Origin: a bacterium | GTDB taxonomy: Bacteria; Zhuqueibacterota; Zhuqueibacteria; Residuimicrobiales; Krinioviventaceae | Direction: 5' to 3' | Length of the DNA stretch: 64,000 bases | Assembly (NCBI GenBank): GCA_963693055.1 | Contig: OY843751.1 | Location: forward strand, 3,616,001 to 3,680,000 | Shown: in pieces, positions 50,124 to 59,467 of the stretch | Numbering within the stretch: the stretch's first letter is position 1 | How the letters are laid out: each line of letters opens with the position of its first letter | The notes under the pieces: generated by a model | The model's database searches: none | Told to the model about the DNA's origin: nothing | What the model saw: only the letters and a program-made list of their open reading frames with translations | Position numbers and translations under genes: made by a program

Positions 50124-50675
50124 ATGAAAAAACTTTTACTGATTATGCTGGTACTCGCAACCCCGTTTATGGCAATGGCGCAACTCGACCTGGGTCTATA
50201 TGGTGTTGGCGGTCAACTCGGTTATGCAATGCCTGAGAGTGGATTTGAAAATGCTTTAAGCTTTGGTGCAAATGCTGACATTGGCTCATTTAATGAAAAC
50301 ATTAAACTTTTTGCTTACGTAAACTATTTCAGCAAATCCTATGGCAAAGAAACATGGGCAGACTTTACATTCTCTACACTTTCTATAGCCGTTATTGGGA
50401 AATACCCCTTTGAAATGCAGGGTTCATTAAAACCATACGCCGGCGGTGGTTTGGGCTTTGAAATATTCAAAACTGAATGGGATGTTGACAATTCATATAG
50501 TTATTATTGGGTTGATGAATCAGCAAGTTCAACTAGCTTGGGTATTCATTTGTTAGGTGGTGCTGAAATGGAAATTAACGAAAAAATGACCGGTTTTGGT
50601 GAAGTAAGATACACCATTTCTGATCTCGACTATTTCGGAATTTACGTTGGCGTTACCTATTCATTAGGCAAATAA
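50124..50675 (+). CDS. Small outer-membrane beta-barrel protein (OmpA/OmpW-like)
   Basis: Signal peptide, PYAGGGLG, alternating strands, GVTYSLGK end. Confidence 0.8.
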   Translation: MKKLLLIMLVLATPFMAMAQLDLGLYGVGGQLGYAMPESGFENALSFGANADIGSFNENIKLFAYVNYFSKSYGKETWADFTFSTLSIAVIGKYPFEMQGSLKPYAGGGLGFEIFKTEWDVDNSYSYYWVDESASSTSLGIHLLGGAEMEINEKMTGFGEVRYTISDLDYFGIYVGVTYSLGK

Positions 50676-50683
50676 TATTTAGC

Positions 50684-50720
50684 CCCTGTGCCTTTCCCCG
50701 GCACAGGGATTCCTTTCTTG
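50684..50720 (+). terminator. Probable terminator
   Basis: CCCTGTGCC/GGCACAGGG stem followed by a T-rich tail. Confidence 0.55.
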
Positions 50721-50841
50721 ACAATAATCCTTTTTTTCCATATATTTTCTTTCGGTGGTTTTTACATTCTGCCTTAAATTCCTTCTAGTATCTCTATTAT
50801 GTAAGAGTAATACTTAAATATTTATCTCATCCGGAGTTGTT

Positions 50842-51510
50842 ATGAAAAAGCAATCAATTATTTTATTTTTACTCATGGTACTCATTTTCACCCCTTTCAT
50901 CAACGCGCAAACCATTATTGACAAAGGTATAAGAGGCGGACTCTGCTTGTCGGACGTTACCGGTGATGACGCGGAACATGCTGAATCCATAATGGGATAT
51001 TCCATTGGTGGTTTTGTAACGTTTTCTTTAAATCAACAATTTACAATCCGTCCCGAAGTCATGTTTTCAGCCAAAGGATTTGATTTTAATCATTCTGTTT
51101 TAACAACTATTTCTGACGTTCTGGTAGATATTCATTACAATACGGAAAATAGATTTAATTACCTTGAAATACCTGTTCTGGGTGTCTATAGTTTGAATCC
51201 TTCTATTAATATTTTTGCCGGACCGTACATGGAAATTTTTCTAAATGGAAGTGAAAAATACAGTTCTACAACAAAGTTTGAATATGATTTGAACGGTACA
51301 ACATACACCGATTCTGAAATCGATTCTGGCTCGGATGATATCAAATCCGATGATATCAATTCCCCTGGGTATGGCGTCACTGTTGGCGCTGAATACGTAA
51401 CATCACAATTCAGTTTCGGTCTAAGATATTCAAAAGCATTTACCGAGGTTTATAAAGACTTTGATTTTCAATTCAGTACTATACAATTCATGTTTGGTAT
51501 TTCTTTATAA
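50842..51510 (+). CDS. Porin-family outer-membrane beta-barrel protein (OMP_b-brl_2/PorT-like)
   Basis: GIRGGL..S, RPEVMFSAKG, NYLEIPVL, FAGPY, GLRY. Confidence 0.8.
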   Translation: MKKQSIILFLLMVLIFTPFINAQTIIDKGIRGGLCLSDVTGDDAEHAESIMGYSIGGFVTFSLNQQFTIRPEVMFSAKGFDFNHSVLTTISDVLVDIHYNTENRFNYLEIPVLGVYSLNPSINIFAGPYMEIFLNGSEKYSSTTKFEYDLNGTTYTDSEIDSGSDDIKSDDINSPGYGVTVGAEYVTSQFSFGLRYSKAFTEVYKDFDFQFSTIQFMFGISL

Positions 51511-51549
51511 AATCAAAATTGCATGCATTGTTAGACCTTTAAATATTTA

Positions 51550-51582
51550 ATGGCCCTGTATTCTCTTAAATTACAGGGCCAT
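51550..51582 (+). terminator. Hairpin, possible terminator
   Basis: ATGGCCCTGTA/TACAGGGCCAT 11-bp stem with a weak U tail. Confidence 0.45.
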
Positions 51583-51683
51583 ATCCGATTTTCACTTGAT
51601 AAAGTCCCGCAAAGCTGTTATATTAATCCCAATTTAAAAATGTAAAAAATCATACCCCCTATTCTCGAACTGAAAGGATATAT

Positions 51684-52502
51684 GTGAATATAGGTCAGGC
51701 ATTATTGTTAGGCATTCTGCAGGGGTTGACAGAATTTTTACCCGTAAGCAGTTCAGGGCATCTCGTCCTTGGAAGAATTTTACTGGGCATTCCCGAAAAC
51801 GGAATCGCTTTTGAAATATTTGTTCATTTTGGTACCTTGTTGGCAGTATTGGTAGCTTTTAGAAAAGATGTATGGCAAATGATAAAATCTGTACTGGCAG
51901 CATTTAAATATATTGTATCACCTGCAAAACTCGCAGAGCAATACCATCGTGATTCTGAATTGCGGTTAGCTTTATATATTATCATTGGTACTATACCCGC
52001 TTTTATCATTGGATTGTTGTTCAAAGATAGTATAGAAAACGCCTTTAACGATCCACATCTGGTGAGTCTCATGTTAATTGTGACAGCAGCCATCTTGTTT
52101 TCAACACTCTTTATTAAAAAGACCGATAAAGATTTGACGCTGTCTAAATCTGTCATTATTGGTTTGGCACAGTCACTTGCAATTTTACCGGGTATTTCAC
52201 GCTCAGGTTCAACCATCAGCTTTGGTATGTTTCTTAAAGTAGACGGCAACCGTGCGGCTCGTTTTTCGTTCCTGCTTGCAATCCCTGCAATACTGGGTGC
52301 AACAGTATTAAAAATATCAGACCTCATTTCGGCAGGTATTGACAGCAACTATATGCTTGTACTTGCAGTTGGCACAATTGCTGCATTTATTTCAGGATAT
52401 ATTTCAATTCTATTTTTGTTAGATATAGTAAGGCGTGGTAAACTATATTGGTTTGCCCCCTATTGTCTTATCATTGGTATAATGGGGCTTTTGTTTATAT
52501 AA
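51684..52502 (+). CDS. uppP: Undecaprenyl-diphosphatase BacA/UppP
   Basis: QGLTEFLPVSSSGHL, PGISRSGST, AARFSFLL. Confidence 0.97.
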   Translation: MNIGQALLLGILQGLTEFLPVSSSGHLVLGRILLGIPENGIAFEIFVHFGTLLAVLVAFRKDVWQMIKSVLAAFKYIVSPAKLAEQYHRDSELRLALYIIIGTIPAFIIGLLFKDSIENAFNDPHLVSLMLIVTAAILFSTLFIKKTDKDLTLSKSVIIGLAQSLAILPGISRSGSTISFGMFLKVDGNRAARFSFLLAIPAILGATVLKISDLISAGIDSNYMLVLAVGTIAAFISGYISILFLLDIVRRGKLYWFAPYCLIIGIMGLLFI

Positions 52503-52529
52503 AGCCTGAACAATTTTACAGAGGGTAGT

Positions 52530-53522
52530 GTGGCAATAACAGAACAATCTCTTTTAACAGCATTAAAAAAGAAAAAAATTGCACCCGCCTATTTTTTACA
52601 TGGTAAAGAACAGTTTCTTGTAGAAAAATATATGCAGGCAATTTTAGACCATGCACTTACCCCAGGTGATGAAGACTTTAATCTTGATCTGTTATACGGC
52701 AATGAAACAGAAGGTTCACAAATTGTAAATACTGCCATGGCTTTTCCCATGATGGCAGACAGACGTGTTGTTATTGTTAAAAACATTCACCTGGTTAAAG
52801 ACCCGGGACTTGATCTGTTAATAAAGTATTTAAAGAAACCATCCTCTACTACTTGTCTGGTATTGAGCAGTGCGTCTAAAGAAAAAAAACGTCTGCGTGA
52901 CATTGCCAAGCTTTGTGACGAGCTCGAATGCAGCCCTATAAAAGACTATAAAATACCGGAATGGATTAAAGAATATTTAAAAGGTAAACATTTAAAGATC
53001 ACAGAAGAAGCACTACGTTTTTTACACGGCCACGCAGGCAGCTCGCTTCAAAACATTAGCAGTGAAATAGACAAGATAGTCTTAAATCTTGACAATAAAG
53101 ATCTGATTGATATTGGTGATGTTGAAGCGGTCGTTGGAATTTCCAAACAATATAACGTGTTTGAACTCTGCGACCGTGTAGGCCATAAAGATATTGTAAA
53201 CAGTATACATATTGTTAACCAATTGATCCAATTGGGTGAAGCGCCGGGTATGATCATAAGCCAGCTGGCACGGCATTTTCAACGGTTAATCATACTCAAA
53301 GAACTCAAAGCCGATAGAAAAAGTAATGATGACATTGCCAAAGTCATCAAATGCCATCCCTTCTTTGTTAAAAACTATACCCAGCAGGCAAATAAATTTG
53401 ACTGGGTACAAATCAATAAAGTTTTCAAACTTTTGTTGGAAACAGATGTTGAATTAAAATCAAGCAGGCAAAAACCAATACTGTTGCTTGAACTGTTTCT
53501 ACTGAAATTGAAATACTTGTAA
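52530..53522 (+). CDS. holA: DNA polymerase III delta subunit
   Basis: YFLHGKE.FL, DFNL, FPMMADRRVVIVK, EIDK, YNVFEL, D..LKSS. Confidence 0.92.
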   Translation: MAITEQSLLTALKKKKIAPAYFLHGKEQFLVEKYMQAILDHALTPGDEDFNLDLLYGNETEGSQIVNTAMAFPMMADRRVVIVKNIHLVKDPGLDLLIKYLKKPSSTTCLVLSSASKEKKRLRDIAKLCDELECSPIKDYKIPEWIKEYLKGKHLKITEEALRFLHGHAGSSLQNISSEIDKIVLNLDNKDLIDIGDVEAVVGISKQYNVFELCDRVGHKDIVNSIHIVNQLIQLGEAPGMIISQLARHFQRLIILKELKADRKSNDDIAKVIKCHPFFVKNYTQQANKFDWVQINKVFKLLLETDVELKSSRQKPILLLELFLLKLKYL

Positions 53523-53528
53523 TTTACT

Positions 53529-53553
53529 GGAACTTTTTTAAACCATAGGTGTT
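53529..53553 (+). promoter_or_regulatory. Putative ECF-sigma autoregulatory promoter
   Basis: GGAAC-N17-GTT directly upstream of the ECF sigma gene. Confidence 0.55.
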
Positions 53554-53566
53554 AGATTAATACAGA

Positions 53567-54160
53567 ATGACGGCCAAAGAAATATCAAATTCAAACTTGA
53601 CCGATGAGGAACTCATTCGCAAATTCCAGGAAGGCGAGCTTTATGCCTACGATCTCATCGTCCGCCGGTACAAGGATCAATTATTGAACTTTGCCTACCG
53701 CTTTTTGGGTAATTTGGAAGAATCTGAGGACGTCGTTCAGGAAACTTTTTTGAGATTGTATAGAAACCGGCACGCGTATAAACAGATTGCCAAGTTCTCT
53801 ACATGGATCTATACCATTGCAGGCAACCTGGCTAAAACTGAACTACGCAAACGTAAACGCCGTAAACTGGTATCCATATCAGATATGGGTTTTGAAGAAA
53901 AAGAATTCGAGATCGAAGATGAAGGTGCCAATACGGAAAGGTTGACAGATTCCGTGTTAAAAGAAAAGATCATTCAGGATGCAATCGAAAAATTACCATT
54001 CAGGTTTAAACAAGTTATCATCCTGAGAGATATTCAGGAACTTTCATATGAGGATATCAGTTCAATTTTACGAATTCCATTAGGAACGGTCAAATCACGG
54101 GTAAACAGAGCCCGTCTGAAATTACAGTCCCTGTTGGGAGACATAGTAGAAAAAAATTAA
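53567..54160 (+). CDS. ECF RNA polymerase sigma factor (RpoE/SigW-like)
   Basis: EDVVQETF, FSTWIYTIA.N, LSYEDIS..L.IPLGTVKSRVNRAR. Confidence 0.95.
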   Translation: MTAKEISNSNLTDEELIRKFQEGELYAYDLIVRRYKDQLLNFAYRFLGNLEESEDVVQETFLRLYRNRHAYKQIAKFSTWIYTIAGNLAKTELRKRKRRKLVSISDMGFEEKEFEIEDEGANTERLTDSVLKEKIIQDAIEKLPFRFKQVIILRDIQELSYEDISSILRIPLGTVKSRVNRARLKLQSLLGDIVEKN

Positions 54161-54176
54161 TAACAAAGAGGCGCTA

Positions 54177-54827
54177 ATGGCAGTTTGTTACCAATTCTTG
54201 AAACACATTAACGACTACATAGATAACGACATTGATCAAACAGATTTAAAACTGCTCAACAAACATATGGCAGAATGCGATGAATGCCGTCTCTATGTTG
54301 AACGTTCTAAAGCGGTGAAACACTCCTTATCTGCTTTACCAAGGTACAAGACCTCTTCTTCTTTTGATATTGTTTTAAAGGAACGTCTAAGAAACGAGAT
54401 CAAACAGGAGAAAACCAGCAGGTGGTCTTTCTTTCAATTCAACTTTACAAATCCTGTACGAATTCCTGCAATGGCAGCAGGTGCTTTTGCAATCGTTGTG
54501 ATTGGTCTGTTTATTTCACAGCCGCTGTTTGTCAGCAATGATTCGCGTCAACCTGCAGTTGCCGAACAGGACGCATTTAGCACAGAGTCTATTGTTGTAC
54601 CAGCATCCCAAAGCACAACTAATGACCATTCTCTTAAAATGAGAAATTATGTTAATGTTCGGGAGCAATTCCATCTTGATGGGCAATACTCAAATTATTC
54701 TTTACAATCAAATAATGCATCAGGTAGAATTGAGCGGTCCAGCAATAACGATAGCATTCGCGCTTTTCAATCGAATACAAATGACAAACCCTTAATTCGT
54801 CAGGCGAATTCGACAGTACATTTCTAA
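54177..54827 (+). CDS. Zinc-finger (HxxxCxxC) transmembrane anti-sigma factor
   Basis: HMAECDEC ZAS motif, a single TM helix, and position directly after the ECF sigma gene. Confidence 0.85.
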   Translation: MAVCYQFLKHINDYIDNDIDQTDLKLLNKHMAECDECRLYVERSKAVKHSLSALPRYKTSSSFDIVLKERLRNEIKQEKTSRWSFFQFNFTNPVRIPAMAAGAFAIVVIGLFISQPLFVSNDSRQPAVAEQDAFSTESIVVPASQSTTNDHSLKMRNYVNVREQFHLDGQYSNYSLQSNNASGRIERSSNNDSIRAFQSNTNDKPLIRQANSTVHF

Positions 54828-54851
54828 GTTGAATTTTAAATGTGGTGAATC

Positions 54852-56057
54852 ATGCAGCATAAAAAATCGACCATTTTTTATCTAATGGTGTATTGCATAT
54901 TATGGAGCACATACGTACAGGCAGATAACGGATCTTTTCTGAAACAATTTGAAAGGGAAATGACTGGCCTTGTTAAAACCATTTCCCCCTCTATTGTAAC
55001 TATTTCCGCCAAGTTTGATTATTCCTACATCCAGGACTCTAAAGGGTCTATTCTTAATTTTAAAGATACAAAAAAACAACCAATCGAAATAACCAATATT
55101 GGTTCTGGCTTTATTATTGACAGTACATTTATTATTACCAAAACTTCTGTAATAAATGGCAGTCAAGATATTCAGGTTATTTATAATGACAGTACCATTC
55201 AAAAAGCAACTGTTCTGGGCACTGATCCTGAATTGGGTATATCTATTATTCAGGTGGACTCTGTCATTCAGCATCCGTTGCAATTTGGAAATTCAGATAG
55301 CCTGAGCATGGGGTGCTGGGTCATGCTAATGGGTAATTCCATGGGCATTGCTCCATCGGTATCCTTTGGTATTGTTAATTGTATCCGTAAAGATGATATA
55401 TTCCAGGTATCTACCAATGTCGCAGCAGGCAATGCGGGTGGAGCCATTTTTAATACCAATGGAGAAATGGTGGGTATGCTTACAAGTTCAAAAGATATTG
55501 AAAGCGACTCTCCTATTTTAGGCTCTTCCTTTTTTGCAAACGAAACCGTTTTTGCCCATCCTTCAAAAAAGATACAAAATGTTGTAAAATCCATTATCGA
55601 AAGAAGCAAGCTGCCAACTGGCTGGATTGGTGTTACAGCAGAAGACTGGCCAGGACATAATGGTGGTGTACATATAAGCAAGGTTACCCCAGGTGGACCT
55701 GCTGAAAACGCCGGTTTGCGTATTGGCGATATTATCTTGACAATCAATGGCAAAAAAATCAATCATACCCTTGATCTTGCTAACCATATTAAATTTTTAC
55801 GACCGGGTGAAAAAATACAATTCAAGGTCCTCACCAGTAAAGGTATGAATGTAAAATCTGTTACTGTTGGAGAACAACCGGGACAAAATGCAAGTTACTA
55901 TACAAATGCACCGAATCCCTTTCTTGAAAATGTACCATTTCTGGAACCGGTAAATCAATCGAAAGCATCAGGACAAAGTAAACAAATATTGATGCAGCGT
56001 ATAGACATGTTGGAACAAGAGATCCATTCTCTCAAGAATATGATTGAAAAAAGATAG
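54852..56057 (+). CDS. HtrA/DegS-like trypsin-PDZ protein with degenerate catalytic triad
   Basis: GSGFII, G.S..L..G.WV..GN, VSFGIV, PDZ (WIGV, GPAENAGLRIGDII). Triad positions read S, G and A (GNAGG). Confidence 0.85.
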   Translation: MQHKKSTIFYLMVYCILWSTYVQADNGSFLKQFEREMTGLVKTISPSIVTISAKFDYSYIQDSKGSILNFKDTKKQPIEITNIGSGFIIDSTFIITKTSVINGSQDIQVIYNDSTIQKATVLGTDPELGISIIQVDSVIQHPLQFGNSDSLSMGCWVMLMGNSMGIAPSVSFGIVNCIRKDDIFQVSTNVAAGNAGGAIFNTNGEMVGMLTSSKDIESDSPILGSSFFANETVFAHPSKKIQNVVKSIIERSKLPTGWIGVTAEDWPGHNGGVHISKVTPGGPAENAGLRIGDIILTINGKKINHTLDLANHIKFLRPGEKIQFKVLTSKGMNVKSVTVGEQPGQNASYYTNAPNPFLENVPFLEPVNQSKASGQSKQILMQRIDMLEQEIHSLKNMIEKR

Positions 56058-56137
56058 CTAACCGCATACAATTATCTTGACTTTTTCAAAAAAAGTGCTA
56101 AATTATAAATCTGTTTTAAAATAGACAGAAACGTTCT

Positions 56138-56746
56138 TTGAAGAAAAATAAAATGAAAACAATATTACTGGCAACTAAAAATAAAGACAAAGTAACCGAA
56201 CTGAAACAAATCCTTGGAGATTTACCGGTTGTTTTAAAATCCGCCAGCGATATGGAACATATTCCAACGGTTGAAGAAGATCAGGATACCCTGCAAGGTA
56301 ACGCGATCAAAAAAGCAACCGAGTATTCATTAGCAGCAGGCTTGCCCGCACTTGCGGATGACACAGGCTTGGAAGTTGACGCTCTTGATGGAGAACCCGG
56401 AGTCAATTCAGCTCGATATGCAGGTTCCGAAGCTACCTATCAGGACAATGTGAACAAGCTTGTTTCACAAATGGCAGGTGTTTCTAAGGAAAATCGTAAA
56501 GCACGCTTTAGAACTGTCATTGCATTTGTTGATGGCGAAAACGTGCAAACAGTTGAAGGTGTCTGCGAGGGAGAGATTCTGGATAAACCAACCGGTGATA
56601 AAGGTTTTGGTTACGATCCGGTTTTCTACTATCCCCCACTTGAAAAAACCTTTGCAGAAATGAATACGGAAGAAAAAAACAGGATCAGTCACCGAGGACT
56701 GGCACTGCAAAACATTAGAGATTATTTAAAAGATTATATAAAATAG
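56138..56746 (+). CDS. rdgB: Non-canonical purine NTP pyrophosphatase (RdgB/HAM1)
   Basis: ATKNKDK, NA.KKA, ADDTGL.VDAL.GEPGV.SARYAG, GFGYDP, KNRISHR. Likely start is ATG 56153. Confidence 0.95.
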   Translation: MKKNKMKTILLATKNKDKVTELKQILGDLPVVLKSASDMEHIPTVEEDQDTLQGNAIKKATEYSLAAGLPALADDTGLEVDALDGEPGVNSARYAGSEATYQDNVNKLVSQMAGVSKENRKARFRTVIAFVDGENVQTVEGVCEGEILDKPTGDKGFGYDPVFYYPPLEKTFAEMNTEEKNRISHRGLALQNIRDYLKDYIK

Positions 56747-56753
56747 TACCCCT

Positions 56754-56828
56754 CGGGGTGTAGCGCAGCCCGGTTAGCGCGCCTGCTTTGGGAGCAGGAA
56801 GTCGAGAGTTCGAATCTCTCCACCCCGA
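56754..56828 (+). tRNA. tRNA-Pro(TGG)
   Basis: CGGGGTGTAGCGCAGCCCGGTTAGCGCGCCTGCTTTGGGAGCAGGAAGTCGAGAGTTCGAATCTCTCCACCCCGA, a cloverleaf with anticodon TGG. Confidence 0.96.
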
Positions 56829-57019
56829 CAGATTAAAGCCAATGTAAATCAAATACATTGGCTTTTTTAATTTTATATGCTTAATACCCGGTTTGCTCGT
56901 CCGCCGGAGGCGGAAATTAGAGAGTTCGAATCTCTCCACCCCGACAGATTAAAGCCATTGTAAATCAAATACATTGGCTTTTTTAATTTTATATGCTTAA
57001 TACCCGGTTTGCTCGTCCG
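56804..57019 (+). repeat. 100-bp direct repeat of the tRNA-Pro 3' end plus terminator (56804-56903 and 56920-57019)
   Basis: The copies are identical except GCCAATG vs GCCATTG. The 16-bp spacer overlaps the TCCGCC-GGA-GGCGGA palindrome. Confidence 0.93.
56835..56868 (+). terminator. tRNA-Pro terminator (duplicated about 116 bp downstream)
   Basis: AAAGCCAATGTA/TACATTGGCTTT stem plus T tract. Confidence 0.75.
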
Positions 57020-57347
57020 TCTTTTAGTGAACGGTTCAGGACGCTTCACAAACCCATAATCCCACTGGTTATGAGACTTTAATATGAAAGTTTTCAAGAT
57101 AGATTGTCAGCAGTTAATAGTGTGAATTTTTAGAGAAGTAGTAAGTGCGGTTTATGGTTCAAAATAATTCAGGTTTAGATTAGAAAAATCAAACATACAA
57201 CACAGATAGACGTATATAGGAAAGAAATTTGCTGCATTTATTATTAAAGGTAAAAAAAGCAAATAAATTGGAATCTGGGGTCAAATTATTTTGCATAATA
57301 ATATTAAATTAGTATATTATAATAGATATAAAATTGGGAGGTATAAT

Positions 57348-57521
57348 ATGGCAACTTCATCATTCGAGGATAAGTTTGTTATCAAGAGTAAAGATGTTGC
57401 TGATAAAATTTTATCCGAGTTCGAAAAGAAACATCCAGCAAATTTTGAATTAGTTGATATAGATAAAAAGTTGGAAAAAGGGGAAAAATTATTACAGCGT
57501 CATACGAACTTACCTCATTAG
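57348..57521 (+). CDS. Small protein, putative antitoxin of a GNAT toxin-antitoxin pair
   Basis: GGAGGT SD then MATSSFEDKFVIKS (57 aa). Directly upstream of, and overlapping the frame of, a GNAT-like gene. Confidence 0.55.
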   Translation: MATSSFEDKFVIKSKDVADKILSEFEKKHPANFELVDIDKKLEKGEKLLQRHTNLPH

Positions 57522-58057
57522 ATAATTTATTAAATAATTACGAAAAAGCCCAAGTTGAAAAATTCCTTGGGCTTTTTTCGTGTCCATTAAATGTAGATGT
57601 TGAAAGTTATTTACACAATACTGCCATAGTGCATTCACTGAAACACATGAGCAAAACATTTCTTTATTTGGGTGATAAATTGGAAATTTACACCTATTTC
57701 ACATTATCATTAAAACATGTCTCAATTATGAATGAAGAATTATCAAAATCAGCTGTTAAAAAACTAAATGGTTTAGATAAAAACTGTAAAGAATTCATTG
57801 CTGTTTTACTTGGCCAAATAGGCAGAAACTATAAAATTGATAAAGAGGATAATCCTGTCAATATGGATATAATGATGACAGATATTATAAATTTTTATTT
57901 AAAAACTCAAAAATATGTGGGCTGTAGGGTATTAATTCTTGAATGTTGTGATAACCTAAAATTGAAAAACCTTTATAATAAATTTAATTTTCATTTTTTA
58001 CAAAAAAATGATGATCCAGAAAAAGACTTGATACAAATGTACCAAATTATTGATTAA
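57488..58057 (+). CDS. GNAT-fold acetyltransferase, putative toxin; start probably a non-canonical ATT upstream of the tracked GTG 57629
   Basis: The open frame extends upstream through FSCPLNVDVESYLHNTAI. Also SKTFL, YFTLSLK, LLGQIGRN, VGCRV.ILEC and LYNKFNF. Confidence 0.65.
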   Translation: MITASYELTSLDNLLNNYEKAQVEKFLGLFSCPLNVDVESYLHNTAIVHSLKHMSKTFLYLGDKLEIYTYFTLSLKHVSIMNEELSKSAVKKLNGLDKNCKEFIAVLLGQIGRNYKIDKEDNPVNMDIMMTDIINFYLKTQKYVGCRVLILECCDNLKLKNLYNKFNFHFLQKNDDPEKDLIQMYQIID

Positions 58058-58558
58058 TATTATCAGGGATTATGAGCATAGTTGGATATTCACTTTGTAA
58101 TATTATCTTTAAAAAGAGTAATTACGATAATTTACCCCTTGATTATTTATTGAGAAAAACCTTTTAGTACAGATACAATATCCAAATCAAGTTTATTGTA
58201 AGAGTTTCATTAAAATACGAGGATTGTATTAGTAGATAGGGCTATTAATAAAATTTTTCACCTAAATGACAGATATTTATAGATGAAATATAAATTAAAC
58301 TTATGATTTAAATGTACTTGGGTGGTTGCCACTTAAACCCATGGGGTGTTCTTAGTTTTAAGACAGATTAGCAGGGGCTTTTAGCCTAATTTTGTAAGGC
58401 TTTAATCTCGTTAGGTTTAATTCTCCACAAAGATTAAATTGATAAAAGTATGATTTACTTGATAATATTCATATATATCACTATTTCATTAAAGCTGTTC
58501 AACCCAAAATTATTTATGAAAAAAGTAATTTAATCAATTCTATTATGGAGAATAAATA

Positions 58559-59467
58559 ATGAACGAAAACCCTTTACTATATATTATTTTTGCTTTAATA
58601 ATATTTCAAAATAATTCATATTCAGAACAACTTAAATATGACACAGAAATTATCATTAACATGGATAAAAATGATTATATTTTACGTGAAAGAATTACCT
58701 TAGAAATTAAAGTCTTAAACTACGATATAAAAGGTCCAAAAATCGGAAGGTTTACAGATGTTTTAGAAAAACTGTATCTCCAAAAGTCGTCTGGGGAAAT
58801 ATATCCATTTCAATTTACAATTAGTTATTCAGATGATATTCCACATATGTCACCAGGAGATTCATTAATTGATCAAGTTGACTTGTTGATGTCATACGGG
58901 GTGTTACAAAATTTAAAGAATGATTTTATATTACCTGTAGGTGACTATGAAACAAAACTTGTTTGGTATGAACGTGATAATCATGCACCAATTATTTCAA
59001 ATACAATTAAATTTACTATACACGAACCTGATGAAAATGAAAAAAAAGAACAAAATTTATTTTTAAAATTCCTGGAAAATGTATCATATCATAAAGACAG
59101 ATATGATAGTACTGCAATAAAAATGAATGAATATTATGATATATTAATTAACCAATTTCCACATAGTGCATACATAGAGAGAGCTTTAGTTTTCAAATTT
59201 CTTGTTAATACTAACAATAGAAAATTCAGTAGCAATTTATTAAAACTTTCAAGTGAAACATGTTTTGAATTTCTTAATTATTTTCCAAAAGAAATCAGCT
59301 TTCTTACCATTGATCCAATATTTGAATATTATCAGTCAATTGATGATTTTGATAAAGGAATCTCAAGGTTGCATGAGATGTACCAATCTAAAGAAATAAG
59401 TAAATACATAACAATATTAGATTCTGAAATTGAAAAGTATAACAAACGTAAGAAAATCAATAACTAA
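58559..59467 (+). CDS. Hypothetical secreted protein (Ig-like N-terminus, helical TPR-like C-terminus), very AT-rich
   Basis: 302-aa ORF with GGAG SD, hydrophobic N-terminus, GDYE...ISNTIKFTI and FPHSAY. Confidence 0.55.
   Translation: MNENPLLYIIFALIIFQNNSYSEQLKYDTEIIINMDKNDYILRERITLEIKVLNYDIKGPKIGRFTDVLEKLYLQKSSGEIYPFQFTISYSDDIPHMSPGDSLIDQVDLLMSYGVLQNLKNDFILPVGDYETKLVWYERDNHAPIISNTIKFTIHEPDENEKKEQNLFLKFLENVSYHKDRYDSTAIKMNEYYDILINQFPHSAYIERALVFKFLVNTNNRKFSSNLLKLSSETCFEFLNYFPKEISFLTIDPIFEYYQSIDDFDKGISRLHEMYQSKEISKYITILDSEIEKYNKRKKINN

Noticed and set aside
56920-56944. Second tRNA-Pro gene
   Set aside because: Only the T-arm and 3' acceptor strand are present; the D and anticodon arms are missing.
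56715-57097. Two similar 74-aa minus-strand ORFs, or a CRISPR-like array
   Set aside because: Both are by-products of the 100-bp tRNA-end duplication. There are only two long copies, no repeat-spacer pattern and no cas genes.
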